Shown here one piece after another: positions 7,025 through 16,090 of a stretch of DNA of 35,689 bases. The DNA lies in IMG/VR virus record IMGVR_UViG_3300017963_000515, positions 1 through 35,689 of that record, one strand, 5' to 3'. Every line of letters begins with the position of its first letter. The first letter of the stretch is position 1. The position numbers and the translations under genes were made by a program. The notes under the pieces were generated by a model. It saw only the letters and a program-made list of their open reading frames with translations, was not told the DNA's origin and made no database searches. This DNA is from a virus (taxonomy: Duplodnaviria; Caudoviricetes).

Positions 7025-8657
7025 TAGCTACCCTCGTCTGCAAGTCGGTCATCTGGTTGGCGGTGAGTGTTTGTGCAGTCATTATGTCATAACCATACGA
7101 TTTAAAAAACCGTCGCATTACTTCAGATCGGGTAAGCCCTTGATGTCGTTGAACTCCTGCCCATTTTGCTATGGCGTCTCGCAGCCCCTGCTGCGCCTCT
7201 TGGCGTTTTATGTGTCTAGATCGGGCCCCCATTATTGCCGCGGGCTTTGCGCCGGCGTATCTCAATTTATTGGCCACCTCTTCGGCCGGGCTTTGAATGT
7301 GCTTGATTTTCTCGCGCAAGGAATTAAGTTCGTCTATGTCTAAAAGAACAAGGTCGCCCTCTATGTATTCGGGATCGGAACGCTTGTCTTTAGGTATGTC
7401 TGGCGTGCCGGCCCCGCATGAAGGGCAAATTTTGTCTTGAATCGGGTACCGTCGGAAACATGCCTCACAATCAACCAAGTCGGTTAAGTAAACAGTATCA
7501 GTTTTTTTGCTGGTTTTTTCTCGTCGGTCGAGCGTAGCGCGCCCCGTCTTTAAAGGGAACCCCAACCGACTATTGTTTACGTGGTCGCTAATAATTGCTT
7601 TTGTTTTGCCCTCAAACAACCGCACCGCCCGCCCGATTTGCTGAGCGTGAAGGGGAAAGCTGGCCGTGCGGCGAGCAAGTGCCACGTAATCAATGGCAGG
7701 AATGTCCACGCCTTCGCCAAACAGATCTACATTTACAAGTTGTTTAATTTGTCCGTTTTTTAGCTGCTCGATGGCCTCGAAGCGTTCCACGTCGCCCGTG
7801 GTCCCGTCTACAAACAACGCGGGCACCCCCGCAGCGTTAAACTGCTCTGCTATAGTGCGGCCGTTTTCTCGGTTCTGCGCGAAGGTGATTCCCCGCTTTC
7901 CGTCCGCAAGCCTCTTATAGTGTTTAACGATGTCTCCCACAAGTTGGCGAGACTCGTTAGTGACTTCGGTTAGCTTTTTCTTTGAGTAGTCGCCATTGGC
8001 ACTTATGGGCACTGCATCAAAATGTAAATCTCGTGCAATGGGGATCCCATACACCTCAAAAGGCGTCAAAAACCCCATCTGTATTAGGTCCCCCATGCTT
8101 ACTTCTTCGGTAAACGCTTCAAAAACTCCATCTGTGTGCGCCCCGAGCCCGTACCCGTCTGACCGCTCTAGCGTGGCGGTGACCCCCAGGCCCCGCGCGT
8201 TGGGAAACAGCTCGACGGCTTTGCCCCATTTGTTTTCGCGCAGTACGTGGTGACACTCGTCTATGATCCATAAGTTTACTGTCGGCAACCATTTGGCAAG
8301 TTTGTCTGCACGTCGCAACAAAGTGTCGACGCTGGCCACCGCCAGACTCGCACCCGGATCGTAAAACACTTTGCCTAGCGCCATCATGTGGATTCTACAG
8401 ACATTTTTAACGGTTTTTGTGCTGCCGATGATCCGATGCGTTAAGCCGTTCTTAGCCAGCGCCAGCGATATGTTGCCAACTAGCTCTTGCCTGTGGGCTA
8501 TTGCACACGTAGGCACAGACAAACTTTTTATGATTCCCGAAATCATGACGGTCTTGCCCGCGCCAGTCGGGGCTACGAGTGCGTGACGCCTAACGCCGGC
8601 GTTAAACGATCGCAAAACACTGTCATGCAAGCTTTGTTGGTAGGGCCTATAGTGCAT
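7002..8657 (-). CDS. Superfamily 2 DExH helicase with C-terminal zinc finger
   Basis: RPYQ, PTGAGKT, DECHH, TAT, EGVDIP, QQIGRAVR, CEAC...CPSCG. Confidence 0.92.
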   Translation of the reverse strand: MHYRPYQQSLHDSVLRSFNAGVRRHALVAPTGAGKTVMISGIIKSLSVPTCAIAHRQELVGNISLALAKNGLTHRIIGSTKTVKNVCRIHMMALGKVFYDPGASLAVASVDTLLRRADKLAKWLPTVNLWIIDECHHVLRENKWGKAVELFPNARGLGVTATLERSDGYGLGAHTDGVFEAFTEEVSMGDLIQMGFLTPFEVYGIPIARDLHFDAVPISANGDYSKKKLTEVTNESRQLVGDIVKHYKRLADGKRGITFAQNRENGRTIAEQFNAAGVPALFVDGTTGDVERFEAIEQLKNGQIKQLVNVDLFGEGVDIPAIDYVALARRTASFPLHAQQIGRAVRLFEGKTKAIISDHVNNSRLGFPLKTGRATLDRREKTSKKTDTVYLTDLVDCEACFRRYPIQDKICPSCGAGTPDIPKDKRSDPEYIEGDLVLLDIDELNSLREKIKHIQSPAEEVANKLRYAGAKPAAIMGARSRHIKRQEAQQGLRDAIAKWAGVQRHQGLTRSEVMRRFFKSYGYDIMTAQTLTANQMTDLQTRVANGTDIDL

Positions 8658-9111
8658 ACAACTGCCTTTTTAAATAGTCTAGACCTCGAACATTAGAAAT
8701 ATACCGCATACACGTTGGGTTATACGCAATATTAAAAGTGGCGTCCCGGTAGGTAACCCTAGGCCATGCTGACACGTATAAAATCTTGTCAAAGAGAGGT
8801 TTCGCAGCAGTAAATTCTGTAAACGCGCGCATTCCTACGTACACGTCCGATTCTTGCAATATCTCTTTTGCTAAGCGCGCCGGGCTCGGGGCGTTGTAGT
8901 TTGCTATAATATCCCGCCACATCTCGCGAGCGTTGTGGCGGTCAGCAAAGCATTCTTCTGCGGTTCGGTACCGGTCAGAAAGCCAAGGGAAGACTATTTG
9001 TTCGGCGCAGAATCTACTGGACGATCTAAAACGCAGTCCGTGCATTTCTTGTAGCAGTTCCGCTACTGTGTCTTTGCCGTGGCGCCCGTGGCCAATTATT
9101 AGCACCTTCAT
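8647..9111 (-). CDS. Deoxynucleoside monophosphate kinase-like P-loop protein
   Basis: N-terminal IIGHGRHGKDT, later VGMR..EF; AAGGA RBS. Confidence 0.7.
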   Translation of the reverse strand: MKVLIIGHGRHGKDTVAELLQEMHGLRFRSSSRFCAEQIVFPWLSDRYRTAEECFADRHNAREMWRDIIANYNAPSPARLAKEILQESDVYVGMRAFTEFTAAKPLFDKILYVSAWPRVTYRDATFNIAYNPTCMRYISNVRGLDYLKRQLYAL

Positions 9112-9171
9112 GGTTTATTTTTCCTTTGGTTTGTATATTGTGACTACTCAAATATCGTAATAATTAAACCG

Positions 9172-9510
9172 CTATTGCTTTTTCCTACGTAATTTTTGGG
9201 CGAAGTCAATTACCTGTGTTTGCAAGGATTTTTTAAACATGAGCAGCGCAAAAGGCGTAAGCACACCGTACTTGGCCCAGACCGACAGCCACGCTATTTG
9301 CTCTAAAAAATCCTCGCTTTCTAAAAAATGGTCGGGGTGATCCGAAGTATAAATGCGAGCCCCCACAACCATAGATCCCCCGGCGACCCATTTGCAATAA
9401 TGTACGACTATAGGCTTTGTTTGAAAACCTAATTGAGAAAACGTCAATACTATGCGCTCACTTTTTGTCGGCCAATAAACCGCTCTTGCGAACATGTTAA
9501 AAAGATTCAT
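9172..9510 (-). CDS. Hypothetical protein
   Basis: ATG 9510 forms an ATGA overlap with the polymerase stop. Confidence 0.6.
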   Translation of the reverse strand: MNLFNMFARAVYWPTKSERIVLTFSQLGFQTKPIVVHYCKWVAGGSMVVGARIYTSDHPDHFLESEDFLEQIAWLSVWAKYGVLTPFALLMFKKSLQTQVIDFAQKLRRKKQ

Positions 9511-11477
9511 TTGCGATACCTTTCCCCAATCCACCCACCGCTGGCTTGAATTGGCCAGCCCTCACACCATTGCGGCAACGCGCACATTAGTGACTCGTAC
9601 TCCGCGAGATTTGACGATCCCGCTACAGGTTCTGCGGTAATCTGATCGTGCACGTGCAGCACGATTGGATACTTGCCGGTTTCTTCTATTGTGGTCAGCG
9701 CGTTCATTAGTATGTCGGCGCTCACCGCCTGCACGACGTTTTCGGTAAGCGTACCTCCCCAAGTATCTACCCGAATCCACCCGATCCCACCCTTTTTAGG
9801 GTTTGTGTTCGAAAACATGTACGTTAAGCATGGCGCCCCCCAGCGGTTCGATCCTATTTTTGGGTCGTGGTATTTGAGCGTGCGCCCACTAGGTAGCCGG
9901 CAGTACAAAACCGCGTCATGCACTTTGTACGATATGCCGTTATGCTCAAAGACTCGGCCCGGCCTTTCGGTTGCTTGCATTGCCGCGTCTTGCAGGCCGT
10001 ACCAAAACCTTACTATGTTTGGATTTTTAGCCCGCCAAGCGCCCACGCCGGCTTTAATTTCCTCTTCGGTCATAAAATCATCGGCGCCAAAGTTTTTCCA
10101 CGCGCCGAAACTCCCACCGTATCCAGACCCCAGTTCTGCCACTTTTCCGACGCTTTTGCGCAAAGGGTGGTCGCTGTGAAACTCTTCGATTGGCACACCA
10201 GTCAGCGCCGAAGCAGTTAACGAATAAATGCATTGTTTATTTTTAAACGCGTCTATGCGCCAAGTCTCGTTTGCAAGACACGACAAAACTACGGACTCGA
10301 TACTACTATAGTCGCTGTCGATTAACTCGCGCCCTGGGCTGGCTTTAAACAACCCACGCATGCATGATTTTATTCTGTCAACACAGTCATTGGGGTGTTC
10401 GTCAAACAAACGGCACTCCCGAGCTAGTTTTAAAGTTTCGTCCACGTCGATCCCTTTGACAAGACCTCGGGAAGGGAAGTTCTGCGGTTGCGGGCCGCTT
10501 CCGCTAAAACGCCCCGTGTGCGCACCGTGAAATCGAAACATGCTTCTTATGCGACCGTCGCTATTAGTCATGTTTTTTAAAGCGTACAGCTTTTTGACGG
10601 CCGCGCTTGTTGATTGCTGTCGTGTGCGCAATATGTGTTCACAATCTGTGGGGAGGTCCCCTCGGTTTAAGATTTCGTTTACCGCATCTTGTGATATAGA
10701 ATCGATATCGACGCCGCGTCCCCTAACATATTCAACGATTTGCCGGTTTTTCTCGATAGTTTCAATTTTGCCGTTAGTTAGTTTTTGGATCTTTTGGTTT
10801 GCCGCGTCAAGAGCTTTTTCATACTCGACAATGCACGCGTTCACAGAATCAACGTCGACGGGTGCGCCGCGAAAGTTTATGGTTTCTGCCGTGCGCCACA
10901 CTTTTTCAATGAACGGGCGGAGCATAGGAAGGTTTTTCGCTATGGATTTTTGCGTTTGCACGTCAACTCTGTTGTAGTGATCAAGCGTCGCGTGATCTGC
11001 GTTTGTAAGCGGGGGCTGTCCAGGCACAGAGGCTTTCTTTAATATCTGCCCGGCTTTTTTGTCTTTTTGAACGTTCGACCCAAGCGCCGCCCCGGCTTTT
11101 TCCAAACTGGGAGGTAGGCAAAAACTCATTGCCTGGGCTTGACGGTCGTACCACTGACTTAACGACACCGGCGGCCACCCCAATCTTTTTACACAAACGT
11201 AATGCCAAACAAAGTATTCGAAGCTTAGATTCCACGTTCCCAGCACTGCCCCGTTTTTGATCGCGTTAAACAAATCTGTGGGCGGAGGTTCCCCCTCGCG
11301 CCACAGGGTATCGTCATAACACAACCGCAACACGCGGGTGCTGTCGTGCTCAGCATATCGAGGAGCCCCTACGCACGCGATGCCAGGCTTGCCTTTTTGT
11401 ATCGTGTGCCACTTCCCTGCGGCGTCTTGATACATCCCGGCTTCAGAGTAGGTTTCGAAGTCGATATCAATTATCAT
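9507..11477 (-). CDS. polA: Family A DNA polymerase with 3'-5' exonuclease (SPO2/APSE-like)
   Basis: ExoI DIDFET, ExoIII YNRVD, TGRFSG..QPQN, motif A DYSSIE, motif B R...GKVAELGSGYG, motif C HVHDQ. Confidence 0.93.
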   Translation of the reverse strand: MIIDIDFETYSEAGMYQDAAGKWHTIQKGKPGIACVGAPRYAEHDSTRVLRLCYDDTLWREGEPPPTDLFNAIKNGAVLGTWNLSFEYFVWHYVCVKRLGWPPVSLSQWYDRQAQAMSFCLPPSLEKAGAALGSNVQKDKKAGQILKKASVPGQPPLTNADHATLDHYNRVDVQTQKSIAKNLPMLRPFIEKVWRTAETINFRGAPVDVDSVNACIVEYEKALDAANQKIQKLTNGKIETIEKNRQIVEYVRGRGVDIDSISQDAVNEILNRGDLPTDCEHILRTRQQSTSAAVKKLYALKNMTNSDGRIRSMFRFHGAHTGRFSGSGPQPQNFPSRGLVKGIDVDETLKLARECRLFDEHPNDCVDRIKSCMRGLFKASPGRELIDSDYSSIESVVLSCLANETWRIDAFKNKQCIYSLTASALTGVPIEEFHSDHPLRKSVGKVAELGSGYGGSFGAWKNFGADDFMTEEEIKAGVGAWRAKNPNIVRFWYGLQDAAMQATERPGRVFEHNGISYKVHDAVLYCRLPSGRTLKYHDPKIGSNRWGAPCLTYMFSNTNPKKGGIGWIRVDTWGGTLTENVVQAVSADILMNALTTIEETGKYPIVLHVHDQITAEPVAGSSNLAEYESLMCALPQWCEGWPIQASGGWIGERYRK

Positions 11478-11480
11478 GAG

Positions 11481-12131
11481 CTACAGTCCAAAAGGATCGT
11501 CTAAAATGCCGTAGTCCGGGGTAGCACCGGCGGCGCTAGGCGTTTTACTGGCGCCTTCTGGCAAGTGTACGGGAGAACTGCTCAAAATCGATTCTGCATC
11601 GGGACCAGACGAAAGAGCGTCGCCAAACGCTACCCATTCCACAATAATTAAATTTAAAAACAGACCCAACCCGCCTTGAGGGTTCGTTTCTTTGTTTGGG
11701 CTTACTTTACAGTACACTCGCGCGTAGTCGCCTGCCTTAAGTGCTTCGCGCAATACTGAAGTTCTGCCCGCGTCTTTAACAATTTGTGGAGCGTAACCGC
11801 TGCTAAATTTAAAAACCAAGCAACCTGCAGAATGGCTTTTGATTTCGCGGCCTTCTTTTGGTTTGTCGCCGTCCTCGAATTTCCACGAAAATCCAGGGTG
11901 CTTTGGGGCGTCTTCACCTAGCTCGTTACGCGCGTACTCTTTTAGCGCGGCGGCAAATTCCTTTAACCCAGGCGCGGTTTTTTCGACAGCCAGTTTAAGC
12001 ACGTATTCCTTACGTGGGCTGCCGTCCCTAGCGGTTAGCGGCTTCCCTTTCATATCTTTTGTGTTGGGTTCGAATATGCTTTCGTAAACTATCCGGCCCA
12101 CGGGAGTTAACAAGTTAACGCTATCACTCAT
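11481..12131 (-). CDS. ssb: Single-stranded DNA-binding protein (DUF2815 / gp2.5-like)
   Basis: TPVGRI.Y..IFEP, EDGD, G.Y.R, GLGLFLN; acidic aromatic tail DDPFGL; sits between the nuclease and PolA. Confidence 0.75.
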   Translation of the reverse strand: MSDSVNLLTPVGRIVYESIFEPNTKDMKGKPLTARDGSPRKEYVLKLAVEKTAPGLKEFAAALKEYARNELGEDAPKHPGFSWKFEDGDKPKEGREIKSHSAGCLVFKFSSGYAPQIVKDAGRTSVLREALKAGDYARVYCKVSPNKETNPQGGLGLFLNLIIVEWVAFGDALSSGPDAESILSSSPVHLPEGASKTPSAAGATPDYGILDDPFGL

Positions 12132-13150
12132 AATTTAGCACCTTTTGACAATAGTTGTGCGGCTGTTGGTTCCGGCGCCAATTTAGTGCGCCCCGGAATT
12201 GATTCGACGTGCTCCTTAAGTATAGATTTTTTTATTTCCTTTTCCACTTCTGCCGGGCTTTTCATTTCCGATTTGTACGGATCTACCCCCTGAGATTTGA
12301 TAAATTCTGCTGCGGCTTGCGCATCTTTAAAAACTCGGCGGCCACGGCTCCTTTGCATGCCCCAGCCCGGCACTGCCCCGCCTTCCCTTAACTTGTGTTC
12401 GGCAATAGCAGTCAGGGCAGATTTCCGGGCTGTGACTATGTCCATTAATTCGTGGACAATTGTAAGCTCTTGGCCTAGCTCAAAGTCTGTCAAATCAAGC
12501 TCAGCGCGTTTGGCTTCTACGTAGTCTGTCAGCCCTTTTTGAGCGTCGTTAATCGCTCCGCACCGGTGCCTCGCGGGGCACAGCATGCAGTGACGCCCCA
12601 CGTTATACTGAGGTTGCGGTGCGCGCGCGTTGTTTACTATCGTTTTTAGTTCCGCCCAACGGGCTCGGACGTATTCCGCGTTAACTTTTATTGTTTTAAC
12701 CGGGCTTTCAACGCGCGGTTGAATGATGACAAAAGTAGTAGGCACATGTGGGTCAAATCCAAGCGCCTGCATGCCTGCAAGTAATTGCATGTTGCCATCT
12801 ACCTCTACTTCTTGGTAGCCAAATTTAAAATCAATAATTATCTTATTTTTGCGGTCTACCGCATCCACAATGACATTGGAGCCTAGAAATTCGGATTTTA
12901 CCTTTACTTCGGCTTCCAAATTTTTTACGTCCGTAATTGTTTTTAAATGCTCAACGGCCTGCAGTACTAAAGAATCCTCGGGTACGTACGTGCCGCCTGA
13001 CTTTATGTATTGCTCTATTTCGGCATGTCTTTCAGTGCCCGCTACCGCGTCCTCTGTAGAGGGTATGCGGTCGGGCAGTTCGTGCTGTAGTTTAGCGCTG
13101 GCGGAGCATTTGGATATCCGCGGCAGAGCCGAAGCGTAAATTGGAATCAC
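12128..13150 (-). CDS. Cas4-like PD-(D/E)XK nuclease (DUF2800-like)
   Basis: AS......C..S, GTERH, VD...IIDFKFG, Q-L, HCMLCPARHRC cysteine cluster, SPAEVEK. Confidence 0.82.
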   Translation of the reverse strand: MIPIYASALPRISKCSASAKLQHELPDRIPSTEDAVAGTERHAEIEQYIKSGGTYVPEDSLVLQAVEHLKTITDVKNLEAEVKVKSEFLGSNVIVDAVDRKNKIIIDFKFGYQEVEVDGNMQLLAGMQALGFDPHVPTTFVIIQPRVESPVKTIKVNAEYVRARWAELKTIVNNARAPQPQYNVGRHCMLCPARHRCGAINDAQKGLTDYVEAKRAELDLTDFELGQELTIVHELMDIVTARKSALTAIAEHKLREGGAVPGWGMQRSRGRRVFKDAQAAAEFIKSQGVDPYKSEMKSPAEVEKEIKKSILKEHVESIPGRTKLAPEPTAAQLLSKGAKL

Positions 13151-13490
13151 CTAAAAACACCTCTCGTTTTAACGTTTTTACTGCTTCTTCCGATCGTAGC
13201 AAATAGTCCAAAGTTCGCCCCAATACTAGCCCGGTTCCCAAGTCTCCATCTTCAGCATCAAAAGGCCGTCCCACTGCGCAAATTATATATTCTCCGTCAT
13301 TAACAAATACCCGATTATCTTGAATATCTAAGTCAATGCTTAGGCGCATAGTTCTTCGAACGCACAGCCGACTAGATAAACCATTTTCGCCTTCTAAAAG
13401 ATATGCTAAAAGTGGGCGGTTGTCGAGGAATTCGCTATAAATTTTGCTAATTCGGTACGCTGTCTTGTTTTGCACTGGAATCAGTAGCAT
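13092..13490 (-). CDS. Hypothetical protein
   Basis: 132-aa ORF, ATG with GAGGAG RBS. Confidence 0.65.
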   Translation of the reverse strand: MLLIPVQNKTAYRISKIYSEFLDNRPLLAYLLEGENGLSSRLCVRRTMRLSIDLDIQDNRVFVNDGEYIICAVGRPFDAEDGDLGTGLVLGRTLDYLLRSEEAVKTLKREVFLGDSNLRFGSAADIQMLRQR

Positions 13491-13632
13491 TTTGCAACTC
13501 CTCGCTAACCTGGTGGATTTTTACGCCTAAGTTGTGAACGAAAGTTAGTTCTTTAAATCCCCCTGCCAGGCCTTGTTTAACCATTTGTTCTAAAGCAATC
13601 GACAGGTAGTGCAATTCTTGTTTTGTAAACAT
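13447..13632 (-). CDS. Hypothetical protein, first gene of the replication operon
   Basis: 61 aa, strong GAGGAGG RBS, directly after a promoter. Confidence 0.7.
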   Translation of the reverse strand: MFTKQELHYLSIALEQMVKQGLAGGFKELTFVHNLGVKIHQVSEELQNATDSSAKQDSVPN

Positions 13633-13667
13633 GCGCGAAGCCTCCTCAGTAATTGTTTACATTACTA

Positions 13668-13695
13668 ATGATAGCGCATAGGGAAGAGCTGTAAA
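13668..13695 (-). promoter_or_regulatory. Putative promoter of the replication operon
   Basis: TTTACA-16 bp-TATCAT with an AT-rich upstream tract. Confidence 0.6.
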
Positions 13696-13707
13696 GTAAA
13701 AAAGCGT

Positions 13708-13743
13708 AAAAAAATGCGCCGAATAGGGTGGGGGTTCGGCGCA
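13708..13743 (-). terminator. Rho-independent terminator ending the late operon
   Basis: 9-bp stem TGCGCCGAA/TTCGGCGCA (13715-13743) followed by T7 on the minus strand, 13 bp after the fibre stop. Confidence 0.85.
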
Positions 13744-13756
13744 AAACTTGCAGTAA

Positions 13757-16090
13757 TTATTTTTTAGTTTCGTTTTCTAACGCAGACAGCCTTGCTTCAA
13801 GCTCTTGATTGTGTTTAACCAACGCGGCAATTATTGCCCGGTCGTGGTAGTTGCGTCGTTTTTCTTCCACGGGGACACTGTCATCTCCTGGCGCCGCTTC
13901 TGGTATTACTTTTGCTACCTCTTGCGCAATAAACCCCAGCTCACGTAGTCCCGAGGAGTATTTAGTTCCCTCTTTCCATTCGTACCACGTGGGGGACAAC
14001 GCTAAAATGGCGTCACGTCCAGGCACATTGTCCGCCAGTTTATTTTTTAGCCGGGCGTCTGAGGCACTGACCACCCCATTAGCATCTGTGCTAAGAGTCC
14101 CTGCGCCGTACGCGTTAAACGTTAGCGTACCGTCGTCGTCAATTTCAAGGTTGTCGGTGCCGTCTCCCGCAGCACTTGCGGAAGTCCTAAAAATTAGCCG
14201 GGAGCTGAAATTGTTGGCAGTGTCGGTAGCCGTATACTGAGCCACCATGCCGCAGCGAGTGCCGTCAGAAGAGTCGCCGCTCCTGCTAAACATAACTTTG
14301 CCGATATAATTGCCCGACGTGTATGACGCCGTTGTGTTCGTTACATTTACACAAGGGACGCTGTCCGCGGTGGTAGACGAAGACGCTGTGTCACGAGCAG
14401 TCACGATAGACGAAGCGTAAGAAGTGTTTGTGTCGCTTACGGACAACCGGCCCCCGTCGGAGCTATCTTCAAACACGGCTGCTACTCCGCCCCCTGACGC
14501 AATCCCGACTCTGCCGGCTGCCACCAAGTATATGCCGGTGTCTGTGTCTCCATCAAAAGACCAAGCGGGGGTAGACACGCTTCCAAAATCGCCAACACGC
14601 GCCCACGTAGCCGACAACTGTAAGGCGCTTACGCCGCCGCAAGCAAAACCCAGCTGGTTTATGGCGTTTCGGTACATCCCTGTGTCGGCGTCCGAGCTAA
14701 ACGTAAAGTCGGGAGTGCTGACCCCGCCATCGCTGCCCTTAAATTGGTCGCCGGAATTTAGCATTGATATCCCAGTGGTGTCTAACCGAATAATACCAGA
14801 GCCGCCAACAGCAAAATCAAGGGCCCCAACTCCAGCTAAATACATACCGGTGTCGATATCGCCAACAAATGAGTACGCCGGAACCGCTGCCGTCCCGTTG
14901 AACTGTGTTCTTACCCAACTAGAAGACATTAGGAGCGCTTCGGACCCGCCGCAAGCAAAACCCAGCTGGTTTATAGCGTACCGGAACATCCCCGTGTCGG
15001 CGTCCGAGCTAAACGTAAAGTCGGGAGTGCTGACCCCGCCATCGCTGCCCTTAAATTGGTCGCCGGAATTTAGCATTGATATCCCAGTGGTGTCTAACCG
15101 AATAATGCCGGAGCCACTGACAGAAAAATCAAGGGCCCCAACTCCAGCTAAATACATACCGGTGTCAACGTCGCCACCAAACGAGTACGCCGGAGCCGCT
15201 GCCGTTCCAGTGTACCCTGTCCGCAGAGAGGAGTTAGTAACAATTAAACCCTGCACCGATCCTGCTACCAAACTTAGCTCGTTTGCCGCAGATCTATACA
15301 TGCCGGTATCTGTGTCGCCAGTAAACGTGTAAGAAGGCGCGCCGGACGATCCGCCCGACAACAACAGCACGTCGTCGAACGTGCCGCTTCCCGCATGCAT
15401 ATCGGCGTAATCCGCAATCGTCACGTTGCCCGACGTTGTGCCCGTTTCCGTCGTGTCAATAAAAGCAAATTCGTCAGCAGATTCGTCCCAAATAACGCCT
15501 TGATTGTTACTTGATCGTTCGACAATAAAACCTAGATCAATGCTGTCGGTGGCGTTTCCCTCGCCAAGCACAATGAGCGGGTCTTCTACCGTCAAGTTAG
15601 TCGTGTCTAACGTGGTGGCGCTGCCGGTGACTATTATGTTGGGCACGGTAAGCGTATCGGTGCCTGGGTCGTAGTTAAAATTAACGTCTTCAGCCAACTG
15701 CTCCGATGCGATATAGGGGACGCTGTTGTTAGTAAGACCCGACAAACCTGAGCCGGATATAACTACATCTGTCCACACAGATCCCGTATATGCGACCAGG
15801 GCATCTTCGTCGTTAACCCAAACTCGCATGCCCTCTATTGCAGTAATATTAAACCAGCTGCCGCCGACGCTAAACGCCACATCGTTTACGGTAAACGCCG
15901 ACCAATCGCCGGTAGCCGAATCCACAATGTAGGCATCGCCTTGCGACGGGGATACTGGCGGGCCGGAATTCGTCCGGCTTATTACGCCCATTGAACCCGC
16001 CTCTAGCCGGCGTAGGTTTTGGTTGTACGTAACAAATTTGTTTGCGTCCGCTGACGCTAGTTCCGTAAAGCCGTATTTTTCAGTTGTCAT
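13757..16090 (-). CDS. Tail fibre: DUF2793-like N-terminus, internal repeats, C-terminal S74 intramolecular chaperone
   Basis: N-terminal K.VTYN..L..LE...PP.SP..GD.YIV...G.W pattern; six F..D.DTG(M/I)(Y/F) repeats; SDARLK and GFIAQEV. Confidence 0.88.
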   Translation of the reverse strand: MTTEKYGFTELASADANKFVTYNQNLRRLEAGSMGVISRTNSGPPVSPSQGDAYIVDSATGDWSAFTVNDVAFSVGGSWFNITAIEGMRVWVNDEDALVAYTGSVWTDVVISGSGLSGLTNNSVPYIASEQLAEDVNFNYDPGTDTLTVPNIIVTGSATTLDTTNLTVEDPLIVLGEGNATDSIDLGFIVERSSNNQGVIWDESADEFAFIDTTETGTTSGNVTIADYADMHAGSGTFDDVLLLSGGSSGAPSYTFTGDTDTGMYRSAANELSLVAGSVQGLIVTNSSLRTGYTGTAAAPAYSFGGDVDTGMYLAGVGALDFSVSGSGIIRLDTTGISMLNSGDQFKGSDGGVSTPDFTFSSDADTGMFRYAINQLGFACGGSEALLMSSSWVRTQFNGTAAVPAYSFVGDIDTGMYLAGVGALDFAVGGSGIIRLDTTGISMLNSGDQFKGSDGGVSTPDFTFSSDADTGMYRNAINQLGFACGGVSALQLSATWARVGDFGSVSTPAWSFDGDTDTGIYLVAAGRVGIASGGGVAAVFEDSSDGGRLSVSDTNTSYASSIVTARDTASSSTTADSVPCVNVTNTTASYTSGNYIGKVMFSRSGDSSDGTRCGMVAQYTATDTANNFSSRLIFRTSASAAGDGTDNLEIDDDGTLTFNAYGAGTLSTDANGVVSASDARLKNKLADNVPGRDAILALSPTWYEWKEGTKYSSGLRELGFIAQEVAKVIPEAAPGDDSVPVEEKRRNYHDRAIIAALVKHNQELEARLSALENETKK
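14634..15205. repeat. Direct repeat of about 260 bp with 312-bp period inside the tail fibre gene
   Basis: Copies at 14634-14893 and 14946-15205; 14682-14794 is identical to 14994-15106. Confidence 0.92.

Noticed and set aside
9112-9171. Internal promoter upstream of the kinase
   Set aside because: AT-rich gap with only a weak TTACGA-17-TATACA match.
12128-13150. CRISPR-Cas system suggested by the Cas4-like gene
   Set aside because: Standard nuclease-SSB-PolA replication trio; no array or other cas genes.
14634-15205. Diversity-generating retroelement template/variable repeat pair
   Set aside because: No reverse transcriptase; both copies are in frame within one gene; mismatches are not adenine-specific.
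14424-15332. 302-aa plus-strand ORF
   Set aside because: Antisense shadow of the Gly/Ser/Thr-rich fibre repeats; no recognisable motifs.
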